Source: Octopus bimaculoides (lineage: Eukaryota). Taken from it: a stretch of DNA of 64,000 bases. The stretch lies in the NCBI RefSeq assembly GCF_001194135.2, contig NC_068981.1, forward strand, positions 89,704,500 through 89,768,499, read 5' to 3'. The notes under the pieces were generated by a model. The model searched no databases. It saw only the letters and a program-made list of their open reading frames with translations, and was not told the origin of the DNA. The first letter of the stretch is position 1; every line of letters begins with the position of its first letter. This document shows, piece after piece, positions 37,421 through 51,419 of the stretch. The translations under genes and the position numbers were made by a program.

Positions 37421-38904
37421 ATATGTTTATAATTAAATATTATTAAGAATTATAAAAAATATTGTTAAAATATTTTGTGTATTATTGAAGTATAACCAAT
37501 TTATTACACAACTTTTAACTACAAAATCTTAAATGGATCTCCAAGGCGCATAAAGACCCTAGTTGAGAACTACTTTCTTCATTAGTGTCGGGAAAATGGT
37601 GTGGCAGATGAATTTCTCACTCACAAGAATGGGGACATCATGTTGGTTGAGATCGACTAAATGAAGATAGTATGAAACACTAAATAGCAAAAAGAAGCAT
37701 CTTGGAAGATTGAGCAACTTTTCATTAGAGAGAGGCTTTGAGGAGAATCAGTCCGGTAAAATCTTTTGGTTGTTCTTGTTTAGAGTCCTTTGTTTGACTT
37801 GCAAGTATTCTTTGTCTATTCTGTTTTGTTGTACTGTTTTAGTTTTGGGGTACACTTTTTTCGTTAGAACTATTATTATTACATTAAAAACAAAATAGTT
37901 ACTTATATCAGCTATCTTTTTATTTTTATTTGAAAACTTGTTCCCATTTTCTGTTATGGCAACAGAGATATAAAACAAAAAAAAAAAAGAAACGCTCCAC
38001 CTTTAGTTTCTAACAGTTCTCGTGTTTTTTTTTCATATCTTTTTCATGATTTTCTATCACGATAACCACTGAACTTTCTTTATTATCACTCTTTCCCTCT
38101 CTTCCCCTCATCCCCCTCTCTCTCTCACTCTCTTGGTTCATATCTTACCTTCTAGTACTATACACGTTTGATTTTCATATCCTTTTATATCTATCTTTAT
38201 ATAAATTCATTCAAGCTTATATTTTAAGCATATGGAACCAGTATATTTCACTTTCTTCCTACTTGACACATAAAATATTACGTTGTTTACGTTCACCCTA
38301 CTACAAAAGAAGCATACATTAAAAGGGTGCTTTTTCTTTTAGTTTTTTGGTTGTTTTTGTTGTGTTTTTTTTTTCTCAAAATCATTTTTCTTTTAAATTT
38401 GATGTGACAAAGCTAGGCAAGAATTTGTGCATGTTTATCATAATCAAAATTATAGGTCACAACTGAGAGTAACAAAACAAAAAAAACTTTAGATATAATA
38501 ATGTAGCGCAAACATCTAAAATCTTTGAACGTAATTATTGCTTAGATCCTCATAACGTTATGCTAGCAGTTTAGAGCATTGGTATGTTAGTAAAAATAAT
38601 CAAGTGTAATGTAAAACGACGAAAACTAAGTATTAAACTTAATAATTTAGATTAACTCTTTCCAAAGCCAATGCCATCTTTCAGAGACACCGAACTATAA
38701 TGCATAATCGTATATAACATATACATATAATTTTATATAAAATATTTACATCAAATGCTAACGCAATGTTTTCATATGCAATATAGTAAATACCAATGTT
38801 TAAGGTTTAGACGTTTGTTTTTGATTTTCCAAGCTACTCTGTAAAATCTGCTTTAGAGAATCATTAAAAAAATGTTCCCTGGGATTTGTTCCCACTTTTT
38901 ACAT

Positions 38905-39015
38905 TCTAAGATCGGCATTGATTTTCATCCTTTCGAATTCGATAAATAAAGTACCAATCAAGTATTGGAATCGATGGTAGTGATTGATTATCCCTCCCAT
39001 CAAAATTGCTGGTGT
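38905..39015 (+). mobile_element. Partial SINE family A
   Basis: ttttcatcctttcgaattcgataaataaagtacc...ggaatcgatg...aaaattgctgg. Confidence 0.6.
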
Positions 39016-39604
39016 TTTATTCTCTCTCTCTCACACTTAAAAATCGGTCAAAGACACAAGATTTTCATGGCAAAGGAGTATGATCCAAGGCATTCTTTTA
39101 ATCTCTGTTCACAACATCAGAATGTCTCATATTACATTACTGATTAAAAAGATCTTGTTTACTTACGGACATGATATTGCATGATTTTACAAATAAGACA
39201 ATCTTGGCAAGGCTTTTAAACTGAAAATCGGTATACCCGCATTGCAGTTAGCTCAGGTTACGTGATTTCGAGTCCGGTCTGTAATTTCAGCCTGACGGAA
39301 ATGCGGCTAAATTTTGAGAATTTAAAAGCAAAAAGATGCCTTCTCAGTTTTTTGACTAAGACGGAAGTGAACAATTTAAAAAATTATAATCCTGCTACAT
39401 ACATGCATACATAATACATACATACATACATACATACATACATACATACATACATTCATACAAACATGCATAAACAAACATATACATATATATGAGCGTG
39501 AGTGTGTATGAACATGCAAATGTTTGTGTATTTTTCTTTTGTCACAATTAACACAGAGTATGAGATGGAATTTTTCACTTTAAATGATCGCGTCACAATG
39601 AGTT

Positions 39605-39680
<76 letters not shown>

Positions 39681-39699
39681 CATATATATATGTATATAC

Positions 39700-39734
<35 letters not shown>

Positions 39735-40422
39735 TGTATANNNNNNNNNNNNNNNNNNNNNNNNNNNNNNNNNNNNNNNNNNNNNNNNNNNNNNNNNNNN
39801 NNNNNNNNNNNNNNNNNNNNNNNNNNNNNNNNNNNNNNNNNNNNNNNNNNNNNNNNNNNNNNNNNNNNNNNNNNNNNNNNNNNNNNNNNNNNNNNNNNNN
39901 NNNNNNNNNNNNNNNNNNNNNNNNNNNNNNNNNNNNNNNNNNNNNNNNNNNNNNNNNNNNNNNNNNNNNNNNNNNNNNNNNNNNNNNNNNNNNNNNNNNN
40001 NNNNNNNNNNNNNNNNNNNNNNNNNNNNNNNNNNNNNNNNNNNNNNNNNNNNNNNNNNNNNNNNNNNNNNNNNNNNNNNNNNNNNNNNNNNNNNNNNNNN
40101 NNNNNNNNNNNNNNNNNNNNNNNNNNNNNNNNNNNNNNNNNNNNNNNNNNNNNNNNNNNNNNNNNNNNNNNNNNNNNNNNNNNNNNNNNNNNNNNNNNNN
40201 NNNNNNNNNNNNNNNNNNNNNNNNNNNNNNNNNNNNNNNNNNNNNNNNNNNNNNNNNNNNNNNNNNNNNNNNNNNNNNNNNNNNNNNNNNNNNNNNNNNN
40301 NNNNNNNNNNNNNNNNNNNNNNNNNNNNNNNNNNNNNNNNNNNNNNNNNNNNNNNNNNNNNNNNNNNNNNNNNNNNNNNNNNNNNNNNNNNNNNNNNNNN
40401 NNNNNNNNNNNNNNNNNNNNNA

Positions 40423-41604
40423 TTTGTATGTTTGTTTTATGGATGCGTTTTTATGTATATATTTTCATGTCTAGATGCATGCATATGTATTCATGTGCTA
40501 AATTTTTGGAAAGTTTTACATATCTTTACAGTTCCATTGATGGCTTGAATCTGTAGTCTTCTAATCAGCCTTCTTCTTTCAGGTTTTGAGAACCCTAATT
40601 TTTCCAGGTTTTTGTTGAGGCAGTTCGTTACATATCCCAATGCCCCAACAATCACGGGTATGAATCTGAACTTGTAGTCTGGGTGGAGTATCTGCAAATT
40701 TCTCAGTAGCTCGGCGTAGTTGTTCTCTTTTTCTCTAATCTTTAGTGTGTTGTTGACATCCGCCGGACAGCTGATTTCTACTACTGTACACAGTTTCTCT
40801 TCTCTGTCCCAGATTACTATATCCGGTCTATTATATCTGCATTTTATTGAGTTTTTTATTGGGACATTCCACCAATACACTTTCATATTGTGAGTGGTAA
40901 TGGCCTCTACTTCATTATGGATTTTCATCTCCTTAGCCCCGGGGTTATCCTGTCGGCAGATTTTGTTGTACAGTGTCTTGGCCACAATATCATGTCTCAT
41001 AGTTAGGTAATACCGTGATGACATTTTTGGACAGCTGCTGATGATGTGGGTGATATCTTCGATACTGATTCCACAGAGTCTGCATCGATTATTACATTGT
41101 GGCGCTTTTCCCGCCTCTTTGTCCCGTTTGTTTATTAGGAATTTGGTTGCTATTCCTTGTTCTTGAATAGCAAAGGCATACCCTTCAAAGTGAGAGTTGG
41201 TGACCCGATTGTTTGTCCACGATAGACTGCTCTGGTTGTCAATGTTGTTATCACCCTGCAGCTTTCTGTTAACGTATCCATTCATGGTCTTCTGCTGGAA
41301 TGCATTCATCCTCTCCTCTGATGTTATGTTACGGTACAGTCTTGCAATTTCTTTGGGTAAGAGTTCAGGGTTGTCGAATAAGGAATGCTTGTCAAGTACT
41401 TGCCTTCCCAATCTCATGATGGTATTTACCTCATGTCTGCAGACTTCATCAAGAGGTGCACTTCGACACTTAGTGGTTATGAGATGATGTCGAAGAGATA
41501 TGACACGGCATTCAAAGGCAGTCTGAATTGATGTTAGGTCCCTCCCTCCTTTATTTCGTTTTAGGTGTAGAGGGTCTACATCGCTATTGACGTGAAGGTT
41601 GTTT
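40423..41604 (-). mobile_element. 5'-truncated R4/Dong-clade non-LTR retrotransposon with intact CCHC zinc knuckle and restriction-like endonuclease
   Basis: Uninterrupted frame of about 370 aa to the stop at 40491: HFEGYAFAIQEQ, CRLCGISIEDITHIISSC (CCHC), MRHDIVAK, RPDIVIWD...VVEISCPAD and IPVIVGALG. The 5' break joins (CATA)n/(CA)n. Confidence 0.92.
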
Positions 41605-41622
41605 ATGTATGTATGTATGTAC

Positions 41623-41677
<55 letters not shown>

Positions 41678-41679
<2 letters not shown>

Positions 41680-41712
41680 AGCTGGCCCTGTGCTGTCAAA
41701 GTTGACGGCTAA
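41678..41712 (-). mobile_element. Helitron 3' terminus
   Basis: Minus strand GCCGTCAA-CT-TTGACAGC hairpin, a 10-nt spacer, then CTAG|T. This is the canonical Helitron end. The body probably extends to about 42180. Confidence 0.7.
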
Positions 41713-42191
41713 TTGTAGTATTTGATATATAAGGTATAAAACTAAGTTTTTTAGCTTAATAATTCTTTTATTACCAAATTTAAAATATACCTTTCAACTG
41801 CAGTCGTTTTGTATTCTTGATACACTCAGGTAGGTAATAATTATTTTCTCTAAAGTGTTTGTATATGTTTGTGTAGGTGTATGTGATTGTAATAATTATT
41901 TTTAATAAAACAGATAGAATATGGATGGTAAATCAAATTAAAACACTTGTCAATGTTATCTCTTTTGAAATGTGATATCGATCACTGTTTGTTACTGAAA
42001 GAACGCTGGTTCACACCAACAAACATTCACTTACATCCCATGTAGACGCGCACACATATATACATATACTCACACAGAACGCTGTTAGAATTTTTTTCAC
42101 CGTAGAATTTCCATCATCCCACTACCAGTTTCTGTATTTGCTTTGTCACAATAAACACAGTGTGTGAGATGAGTTAATGTGATGTTCTTAT

Positions 42192-42631
42192 TTTTTCATT
42201 GCCCACAAGGGGCTAAACATAAAGGGAACAAACAAGAATAGACAAAGGGATTAAGTCGATTACATCGATCCCAGTGTGTAACTGGTATTTAATTTACCGA
42301 CTCCGAAAGGATGAAAGGTAAAGTCAACCACGACGGAATTTGAACTCAGAAGGTAAAAACAGACGAAATACCGCTAAGCATTTCGCTCGGCAAGCTAACG
42401 TTTCTTATTTCTTTATTGCCCACAAGGGGCTAAACATAGAGGGAACAAACAAGGACAGACAAAGGGGTTAAGTCGATTACATCGAATCCAATGCGTAACT
42501 GGTACTTAATTTATCGACCTCGAAAGGATGAAAGGTTAAGTCGACCTCGGCGGAATTTGAACTCAGAACGTAAAGACGAAATACTACTAAGCATTTCACC
42601 CGGTAAGCTAACGTTTCTGCCAGCTCGCCGC
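42192..42631 (-). mobile_element. Head-to-tail SINE family A dimer
   Basis: Two near-complete copies joined at agaaa (42401-42405). Only the outer copy keeps the gcggcgagctggc head. Confidence 0.9.
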
Positions 42632-42938
42632 TCTTAATGTTATATTCTAAAATATTTTAAATGTTGAATGAAATGTCTTAGGTAAATGAGTATTAGCTTG
42701 AGACTAAATAGCAACAACAATAGAATTAATTAGAACAATATGAATTCCGCCATTACTAACACCCCCCTCCCCCACCATCACCATCACCTTCATCACCAAC
42801 ATGAAAACAAATAGAATCAATACCACAACCACTACCAAGTCACCATCATTTGAATAACCAACTGGCAACGAAAAATATAATACCAGCGTGATAGCAATGT
42901 CTGCAGTTTCTAAAGTTTAATGTCTTCAGAATGCATTT

Positions 42939-42978
<40 letters not shown>

Positions 42979-43789
42979 CGGGATCTTTTTTAAAACGGGG
43001 GCCACATTTTTCATTAACGAAACACTTTGAAACTTGGAACACTGGTAGAATGTGTCATATAAAACATCTTTTTCTCTTAGTCTTCTTAAAAAAAAANNNN
43101 NNNNNNNNNNNNNNNNNNNNNNNNNNNNNNNNNNNNNNNNNNNNNNNNNNNNNNNNNNNNNNNNNNNNNNNNNNNNNNNNNNNNNNNNNNNNNNNNNNNN
43201 NNNNNNNNNNNNNNNNNNNNNNNNNNNNNNNNNNNNNNNNNNNNNNNNNNNNNNNNNNNNNNNNNNNNNNNNNNNNNNNNNNNNNNNNNNNNNNNNNNNN
43301 NNNNNNNNNNNNNNNNNNNNNNNNNNNNNNNNNNNNNNNNNNNNNNNNNNNNNNNNNNNNNNNNNNNNNNNNNNNNNNNNNNNNNNNNNNNNNNNNNNNN
43401 NNNNNNNNNNNNNNNNNNNNNNNNNNNNNNNNNNNNNNNNNNNNNNNNNNNNNNNNNNNNNNNNNNNNNNNNNNNNNNNNNNNNNNNNNNNNNNNNNNNN
43501 NNNNNNNNNNNNNNNNNNNNNNNNNNNNNNNNNNNNNNNNNNNNNNNNNNNNNNNNNNNNNNNNNNNNNNNNNNNNNNNNNNNNNNNNNNNNNNNNNNNN
43601 NNNNNNNNNNNNNNNNNNNNNNNNNNNNNNNNNNNNNNNNNNNNNNNNNNNNNNNNNNNNNNNNNNNNNNNNNNNNNNNNNNNNNNNNNNNNNNNNNNNN
43701 NNNNNNNNNNNNNNNNNNNNNNNNNNNNNNNNNNNNNNNNNNNNNNNNNNNNNNNNNNNNNNNNNNNNNNNNNNNNNNNNNNNNNNNNN

Positions 43790-43825
<36 letters not shown>

Positions 43826-44652
43826 TGTGTTCATGTGTGTGTGTGTGCGTGCATGGGTGTGGGTGTGGTGCGGATATGGGTGTGTGGCCGGTGTTTGTAT
43901 GTGTGTGTGAGTGAGTGGAGTGTGGTGTTTTCATGACTCAAGTGACAGGTGTAACCATTACCATGTTCATGAACACAGTAATTGGAATCACCTCACTGCT
44001 TCACCTTTTCATCTTCTCATTTCCATGCTTACACTCATATGAGTAACACGGTTCTTTTTTCTTGCTCTTACAAGCAGTTCTTTCTCGGTAGTTCCTCTTT
44101 CACTACATATGCGGTGTGGATAATTATAAATTGGTGGCACCCTTTCATTTAGTCTAAAATTCACGATGTCTAGAAAGGAGCCATCAAATGGAAGTGAAAG
44201 TAATAATGCGAATTTTATGTTGACAGTCGGGGAGGGGCGAATACTATATCTTTATTTACGATGTTTTCGATCGTAAGTTATAACAAATATTATTACTTCT
44301 TAATTAAAAGCTATGATGATAATCTCATCACTTATAACTTAATTATAAGTATTTATCACTAAGCATAAATCTTAACTCAGGCTGTGTAAAAAAAAAATAC
44401 AGTTTCATTAATACAGAAATAAATTCAACAAGTTGAAAGAAACGAGAAGTAAAAGGAATTAAATTTCTACATTAATTTATTATGTACGTTTGGCATTTAT
44501 AGAACCATTAGAAATAAAGTAATTTTGTCGTAGAGAATTACGACTTAAAATTTACACTAAGTAATCTTTCATTCTAACTACAAGAGTTCACAACAATTCA
44601 ATATTGTCGGAATTGAGTATTGAACATGGCATAAATATTAGCCGATACTCAA

Positions 44653-44740
44653 GAGGGTGAGTGTCGTAGATTTGAGTTACAGTCCAACGATCAATTGAGA
44701 GTGAGTGTCATGGATTCGAGTGACAGTCCAACGATTACTG
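44653..44740. repeat. 44-bp diverged tandem repeat (2 copies)
   Basis: gagggtgagtgtcgtagatttgagttacagtccaacgat / gagagtgagtgtcatggattcgagtgacagtccaacgat. Confidence 0.85.
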
Positions 44741-45049
44741 AAGAGTTTCTCGAAAATCAGGGTTTTTATAACTGCGCATACACGAAGTCTAGAACCGTAC
44801 TTCGTGAAAAATTTCTTTATCGAACGTTCAGAATTCGTATAGGGGCAGTAATTTTCAACCAATGAGAAATCAATAATTTCTCCTGTTTGGGCAAACGAAC
44901 CTACGTTCTCTCTCCGCCTCTTATGAGTTTGCTACACGAAGATGAACAAAAAAGGAATATATTGGATATTAAACCTGATGTTATATAAAGGCTTAATGTG
45001 GGAGAAAATCAGGAATATTCCCAAAACATTAAAACTTGCAACGTCTATA

Positions 45050-45570
45050 GTGTAGACATGTGGATTTATGACAATAGAAAGAAATTTAATCCAAGTGCTC
45101 AATAAATTACTCAGTAGATTTAATGTCATACTTAAAATGGGACGTTACTTCGCTGCATGAACCGGGAAAATACATGGTCAGGCTGTATTCGTGATTTAAC
45201 AAGTTTTCCACAAGCAGAAAATGTACATTAAATTCGAAAAACATTTTGAGACATTTGCAAATAATATAGGGCTGAAAGCCATAGGGGATGTTATAGTTGA
45301 GTTTTTTGTGTCTCATAATGAATGGGATGCTGTTCGAAAATAAGCAAGTTGAAAATACAGATGAGAACAAGAAAATTCCAACAACTTCACTTAAAGTTCA
45401 CTCCAACAACGACTTATGCCACAGGGTTGGCACTTACAGAGGAACGTCTGCAATTTATTGCTGATAACAATACTAATCATGAACGTAATATAAAAGTCAC
45501 TAGCGGAGTCTGCAATGACTTCACTTCCTACACTGAGCTGTACAAAGATGATGCACCATAAACAACTAAT
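45050..45570 (+). mobile_element. Tigger/pogo-like transposase C-terminal relic
   Basis: WDVT..., FANNIGLKAIGDVIVEFFVSH and GLALTEERLQFIADNNTNHERNIKVTSGV...YTELYKD resemble Tigger/Jerky C-termini. Frameshifted. Confidence 0.5.
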
Positions 45571-47353
45571 AATTGTGAACAAGTTCCCCACCTCTCAAGT
45601 AAATGTCGATGATGGTAAACAATATGATAGAAGATAGTGCCTCTTATCCTCCCAATAATACTCATTCCATCATCATCCCTCACACAGAGTCAACATATTT
45701 TGTAGTATGTAGCCTTATACGATATTACAATTCTTATGTATTCTCGAATGAATTTCACTTCAAATGTTTTATGTGTATGTTTTGTACTGTGTATATTTAG
45801 AAATTGTTATTCTCATGCATAAAATTCGATGTGCCGCTTTTTTGTCTATTTCAAAAGTATCCACCAGAACGCTCTGTCGTTTAATGACATGAAAATCCAT
45901 GTGGATATTAATTTCGTGTTACAGCAAGTTTTTCAGGGACTAATTTCTCATGTAACACGATGATTCGTGTATTCTTAAAGTATCGCGTGCTTACAATGCA
46001 GCTGACACAAAGAATTAATCATATAATTTCATAGTAAGTTCAGTTATTTAGAATACTTTATATGAAACGAGTTTTAAATGTTGGGGGCTCTGATGAGCCT
46101 CTTTAATTTCATACACACATTCTACATTGTTCTGCAGAATCCTTCATTTCTGTTGCAGAAAAATGTAGCAGATAGTAAACTGTGACTGAAGCTGTAAAAA
46201 AATAACATTATATAACATAATCATTACCAGAGCAGAGCAAGTGAGACGTTTATATAAAACCATGACGAATTTTATTCTAAAATCGAACATGAAAACCTGA
46301 TATATGGCAACCATATTTATTGATGATCTCTCAAAAATTTTTTATGCTGTTTTTGAAGATGGTTGTTTTGGAACTAAGGACTTAAAATTGTTGCAAAAAC
46401 AATGCTTTAGCAAACAGCTTAGATTTTGATTAAGACTGAAGATCTATTATATTTAGACATCAGAAAAACCACCATTTTCACAGAACAGAACTAAACATCT
46501 TTGCTGACGTTGCAACTTATTGAAATACATGTTCAGACAGTTAATCAAGAATATGGTAAAGAAAATCGATTGATCAAAGATGTTTCTGATAGAACTAGGA
46601 AAAAGAAAACACCTTCAAGTTCAGACATATGCGTCTAATCAACAACTTCAATAAAATTCAGTTAATCATTTTAATGCAAAATTTACAATCAAGTTAATAA
46701 GTCCCCCCGTAATGTTATCAGACAATTCATTTTTCATTGAATGAAATGAGGCATTCAAAGCATAGGAAAATGGAGGGTAAATGTAAAAAGACAAGTAAAC
46801 AGAAAATTAGAGATATTTACTCCGTAGATGAATTGATATTGTGAAAATTATCATAATGGAAAATCCGACACCGAGTCATAAATACAGTGATTTAGATTAG
46901 AGCTTTAAGAAACATTTGATAGTACGTGTTTAACCAATACGTCTGGAATGTTTCTGTTACTTCGTTTCGCAATGTGTTATTGAAATACAAGTACTAATTT
47001 AAGAAATGTATTTATCTGATACAAATAATATATTTTTGTGTTCTTTATTTTCCGGGCAACGCCATGTATTCTCTCTCGTCTACCTGTAGTTATGTATACA
47101 TACTTACAAACATACACATATACGGTGTTGAAACATTTGTGTAACCATGATTTTCCGGTGATCTAATGAGCTAGCTTTCTTCATTTGAATAATGCGCAGC
47201 ATACATATGTAATTACAGGCATGTAGACATAATCTATTATATGCTGAAATTATTATTACATGAAAGAACCCACGAAACGGCCGTAGGCCTAAGGATGGAC
47301 AGCTGGTTAAACAATTATCGTCACCTCTTACACCTCCTAACTTTCTATGGTTT

Positions 47354-47355
<2 letters not shown>

Positions 47356-47417
<62 letters not shown>

Positions 47418-47418
47418 G
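47356..47418. repeat. (GATA)n microsatellite
   Basis: About 15 gata units. Similar arrays occur at 23585-23630, 25690-25750 and 39605-39645. Confidence 0.95.
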
Positions 47419-48578
47419 TAGGTAGACAGACAGACACATCACAAAAACGATATGTAAGTGGAACAGTAAAAATATCCAATGCTAATCTTAACTTTAAAAT
47501 ATGACATGGATTTTGTCAACTACATTACGACGATAGAGCTTTGTATCTTTGTTAGAAACTCCCTCTTTCCTCACAGGAAAACTTTGAATAGTTAAAAACA
47601 GAAGACAACATATATATATATATATATANNNNNNNNNNNNNNNNNNNNNNNNNNNNNNNNNNNNNNNNNNNNNNNNNNNNNNNNNNNNNNNNNNNNNNNN
47701 NNNNNNNNNNNNNNNNNNNNNNNNNNNNNNNNNNNNNNNNNNNNNNNNNNNNNNNNNNNNNNNNNNNNNNNNNNNNNNNNNNNNNNNNNNNNNNNNNNNN
47801 NNNNNNNNNNNNNNNNNNNNNNNNNNNNNNNNNNNNNNNNNNNNNNNNNNNNNNNNNNNNNNNNNNNNNNNNNNNNNNNNNNNNNNNNNNNNNNNNNNNN
47901 NNNNNNNNNNNNNNNNNNNNNNNNNNNNNNNNNNNNNNNNNNNNNNNNNNNNNNNNNNNNNNNNNNNNNNNNNNNNNNNNNNNNNNNNNNNNNNNNNNNN
48001 NNNNNNNNNNNNNNNNNNNNNNNNNNNNNNNNNNNNNNNNNNNNNNNNNNNNNNNNNNNNNNNNNNNNNNNNNNNNNNNNNNNNNNNNNNNNNNNNNNNN
48101 NNNNNNNNNNNNNNNNNNNNNNNNNNNNNNNNNNNNNNNNNNNNNNNNNNNNNNNNNNNNNNNNNNNNNNNNNNNNNNNNNNNNNNNNNNNNNNNNNNNN
48201 NNNNNNNNNNNNNNNNNNNNNNNNNNNNNNNNNNNNNNNNNNNNNNNNNNNNNNNNNNNNNNNNNNNNNNNNNNNNNNNNNNNNNNNNNNNNNNNNNNNN
48301 NNNNNNNNNNNNNNNNNNNNNNNNNNNNNNNNNNNNNNNNNNNNNNNNNNNNNNNNNNNNNNNNNNNNNNNNNNNNNNNNNNNNNNNNNNNNNNNNNNNN
48401 NNNNNNNNNNNNNNNNNNNNNNNNNNNNNNNNNNNNNNNNNNNNNNNNNNNNNNNNNNNNNNNNNNNNNNNNNNNNNNNNNNNNNNNNNNNNNNNNNNNN
48501 NNNNNNNNNNNNNNNNNNNNNNNNNNNNNNNNNNNNNNNNNNNNNNNNNNNNNNNNNNNNNNNNNNNNNNNNNNNNNN

Positions 48579-48616
<38 letters not shown>

Positions 48617-48711
48617 CACTTTAATTGAAATAAAGTGTCCCCAAAATTAAACATATCTAATATAATAAATGTGAATATCAGTGTGTCACACTTTTTCAAC
48701 TTTAATAAATC

Positions 48712-48926
48712 CTTTCTACTGGAAGCACAAGGCCTCAAATTTTAGGGGAAGGGATTAAGTCGATTACATTGACACCAGTACATAACTGATACTAATTTTA
48801 TCCACCCCGAAAGGATGAAAGGCAAAGTCGACCTTGACAGAATTCGAACTCAAAACCCTAACGGCAGACGAAATACCGCTAAGTATTTCGCCCGGCGTGC
48901 TAACGATTCTGCCAGCTCACAGCCTT
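48712..48926 (-). mobile_element. SINE family A
   Basis: Full-length: gcacaaggcctcaaatttt...aaaggcaaagtcgacc...aataccgctaagtatttcgcccggcgtgctaacgattctgccagctc. Confidence 0.9.
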
Positions 48927-49047
48927 AATATACTATAATATAATATGATTAATGTGAATGTCAATGTCCCAGTGTGTCATACTTTTTCAACTTTACTCCT
49001 AGAGGCAGTAGCCCAACTAATCATACCATTTCAGAATCAGACTGACT

Positions 49048-49330
49048 CCGTGAGAAAACTAAAAACATTCCGGGCTGAATCGGGACCCACAAACCTGAAA
49101 TTCTGTATTCCTAAGTTTTCGTTACTGTGATTGTTTTCGGCGATTTATTACGTGACTTTTTGCGACAAATTGTTTTGTATCTTAACAATTTTTATAAACT
49201 AATGGCTAACTCCGTGAGTATTCCGTGTCAAATCCGGTCCTGCAATCCTAAAATTTTGGATTCTTATGTTTTCATTACTGCGATTGTTTTCAGCGATTTT
49301 TTTTACATGATTTTTTTTGTGACGAATGTG
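49048..49330. repeat. Diverged tandem duplication with a unit of about 160 bp
   Basis: Both units carry ctccgtgag...attcc...aat...aaatt...gtttt...ttactg.gattgtttt.cgatt...tgacga/cgacaaat. Confidence 0.75.
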
Positions 49331-49383
49331 ATCGTCATTGGGTTATGATTCTGGAGCCCAAGAACTTCTCAGACGATCCTTCT

Positions 49384-49444
<61 letters not shown>

Positions 49445-49488
49445 NNNNNNNNNNNNNNNNNNNNNNNNNNNNNNNNNNNNNNNNNNNN

Positions 49489-49523
<35 letters not shown>

Positions 49524-51382
49524 AATACACACACACATTTATTTATATATACATATAAATATACATATACACATGTGCATATATACATATATATATATTT
49601 GTATGTGTGTGTGTGTGTGCAATGTGTGTATGTGTGTGTTTGTGTGAGTAATACAGACAATAGTTAGCCATAAAAAAAACACTTGAGTATAAATTGATCG
49701 CTTCAAACAAGAGTTAAACCTCGACAGTGAGAGAAACGGCATCGGAATCAGTAACTGAAGAAAAATAATTTTCAAAAAAAATCAGTCGAAATCAATTAAC
49801 AGTTTACAAAAATATGGGAGAACGGTGAATAGAAGTCACAGCATCAACTTCGCATACAGATATGGTTCATTCTCGAGTGAGAAAAAGAGTTGTAATCAAG
49901 AATTACTGTGACGTGAAGAAATCCGAAATAATTATTGGCCTAATATTAAGCCCGAAACATACGGCATCTATGGTGATACCCTTGGGAATGTGACAGAATC
50001 AGCTCAGGCAAGGAAATCACCAGGAAAGGAATTGAGTAGTGGCTCCAGGAACAAAAATGCTGATCTTATGACGAGGGTGTCTTATCGGCTTTTGTCAGCA
50101 AGTTCTCAGTAGGGATTTATATATATTTATCTCGCTGGCATCGAAAGAAACATGTCTGATAAGGCAAAACAAAGCAGTCACATTATAAAGAACCACCGAC
50201 CAATTCTATGACAGGATTCTATGTTTGAAATGCATATAACATTTCTAACCTATTCCTCCAGGATCACCATGATAACATATCTTCACGGATGAACAAGCAT
50301 CTTGGAAATAAAGAATTTGGAAAGAAAAAGTAAAATAAATCAAAGTATGGTGATCGACTTCTAAAAGAAAACTCTAAAATCAGAGGCATAAAATCAAAGG
50401 AAGAATTTCCTTACACTCTGACTGGATTACAAGAAATCATTCAATTTTGTTTCCTTCTCATGGCTTTTATAGGTACTTCACACATATGCAAAGCTATACA
50501 GCAACATTCGCAATACACCACCGAGGGCAACCCTAAAAGGTCCTTTTAATGCGGTAATTTGTAATTTGAAGGATATTTGACTTCTCTTTCTATCGACATT
50601 CTAATGTATCACAAGTTAGTTTGTTTTTTATTTATTACATAATCATCCCAAATTCTTGCAGCAATATTCTGAGGTGACCGTGTAGTAGATATAAAGTTCT
50701 TGGACATGCTAGGTTTGTTCTTTCACATCTTTTGGGGGAATCACCAGAAAACTAAACCGACTATTGTTCAAAATGTTTTCTTATAATACCTTTCATGTTA
50801 GATCGCATTTAAGTTACGTGATATGGTTTTCAATGAACATATATAATTGCTTATCAACAGTATATAACACTTCATTTCATTCGGTTCCCTAGTGTTTCGT
50901 CTGAATAAATGAGAAACCGAGCTACTCATAGTCTATGTTGTGTTTTTTGCTAATGATTTATATATTCAACTGAATTCAACATACAAACGTAATATAGGAT
51001 CCAAGTATAGCAACCGATGTAAATAACAAATTATATTTTAACAGCCAAGGTATTTTATTTCATACGAATGATATTAGATGTTATATATTTGTAAACAAAA
51101 ATAGTGTGAAAGAAAATTAGCCAGAATTTAATGACAGGATTGAACCAAGACTTTCTTGCTAAGAATACAAAATGTTCAAATTGCAATACCGAACGAACTG
51201 AACATCTAATTTAAAACAGTGTTCTTCAATTTCATCTAAAATTTCTTCTACATGAATTACACTAGTCCCGTTGAGAGTGGTAAATCACGATTTCTCTGCG
51301 ATCAAATTGATATCGCATTAGTCCACTTCGGAAATGCGTAGTTCAATGGCTCGTTGATATTCACACAAACTGTCTTTCCCTG

Positions 51383-51419
<37 letters not shown>

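Noticed and set aside
46060-46110. CTGATGAG hammerhead-like core
   Set aside because: No compatible stem II/GAAA/stem III arrangement in any topology.
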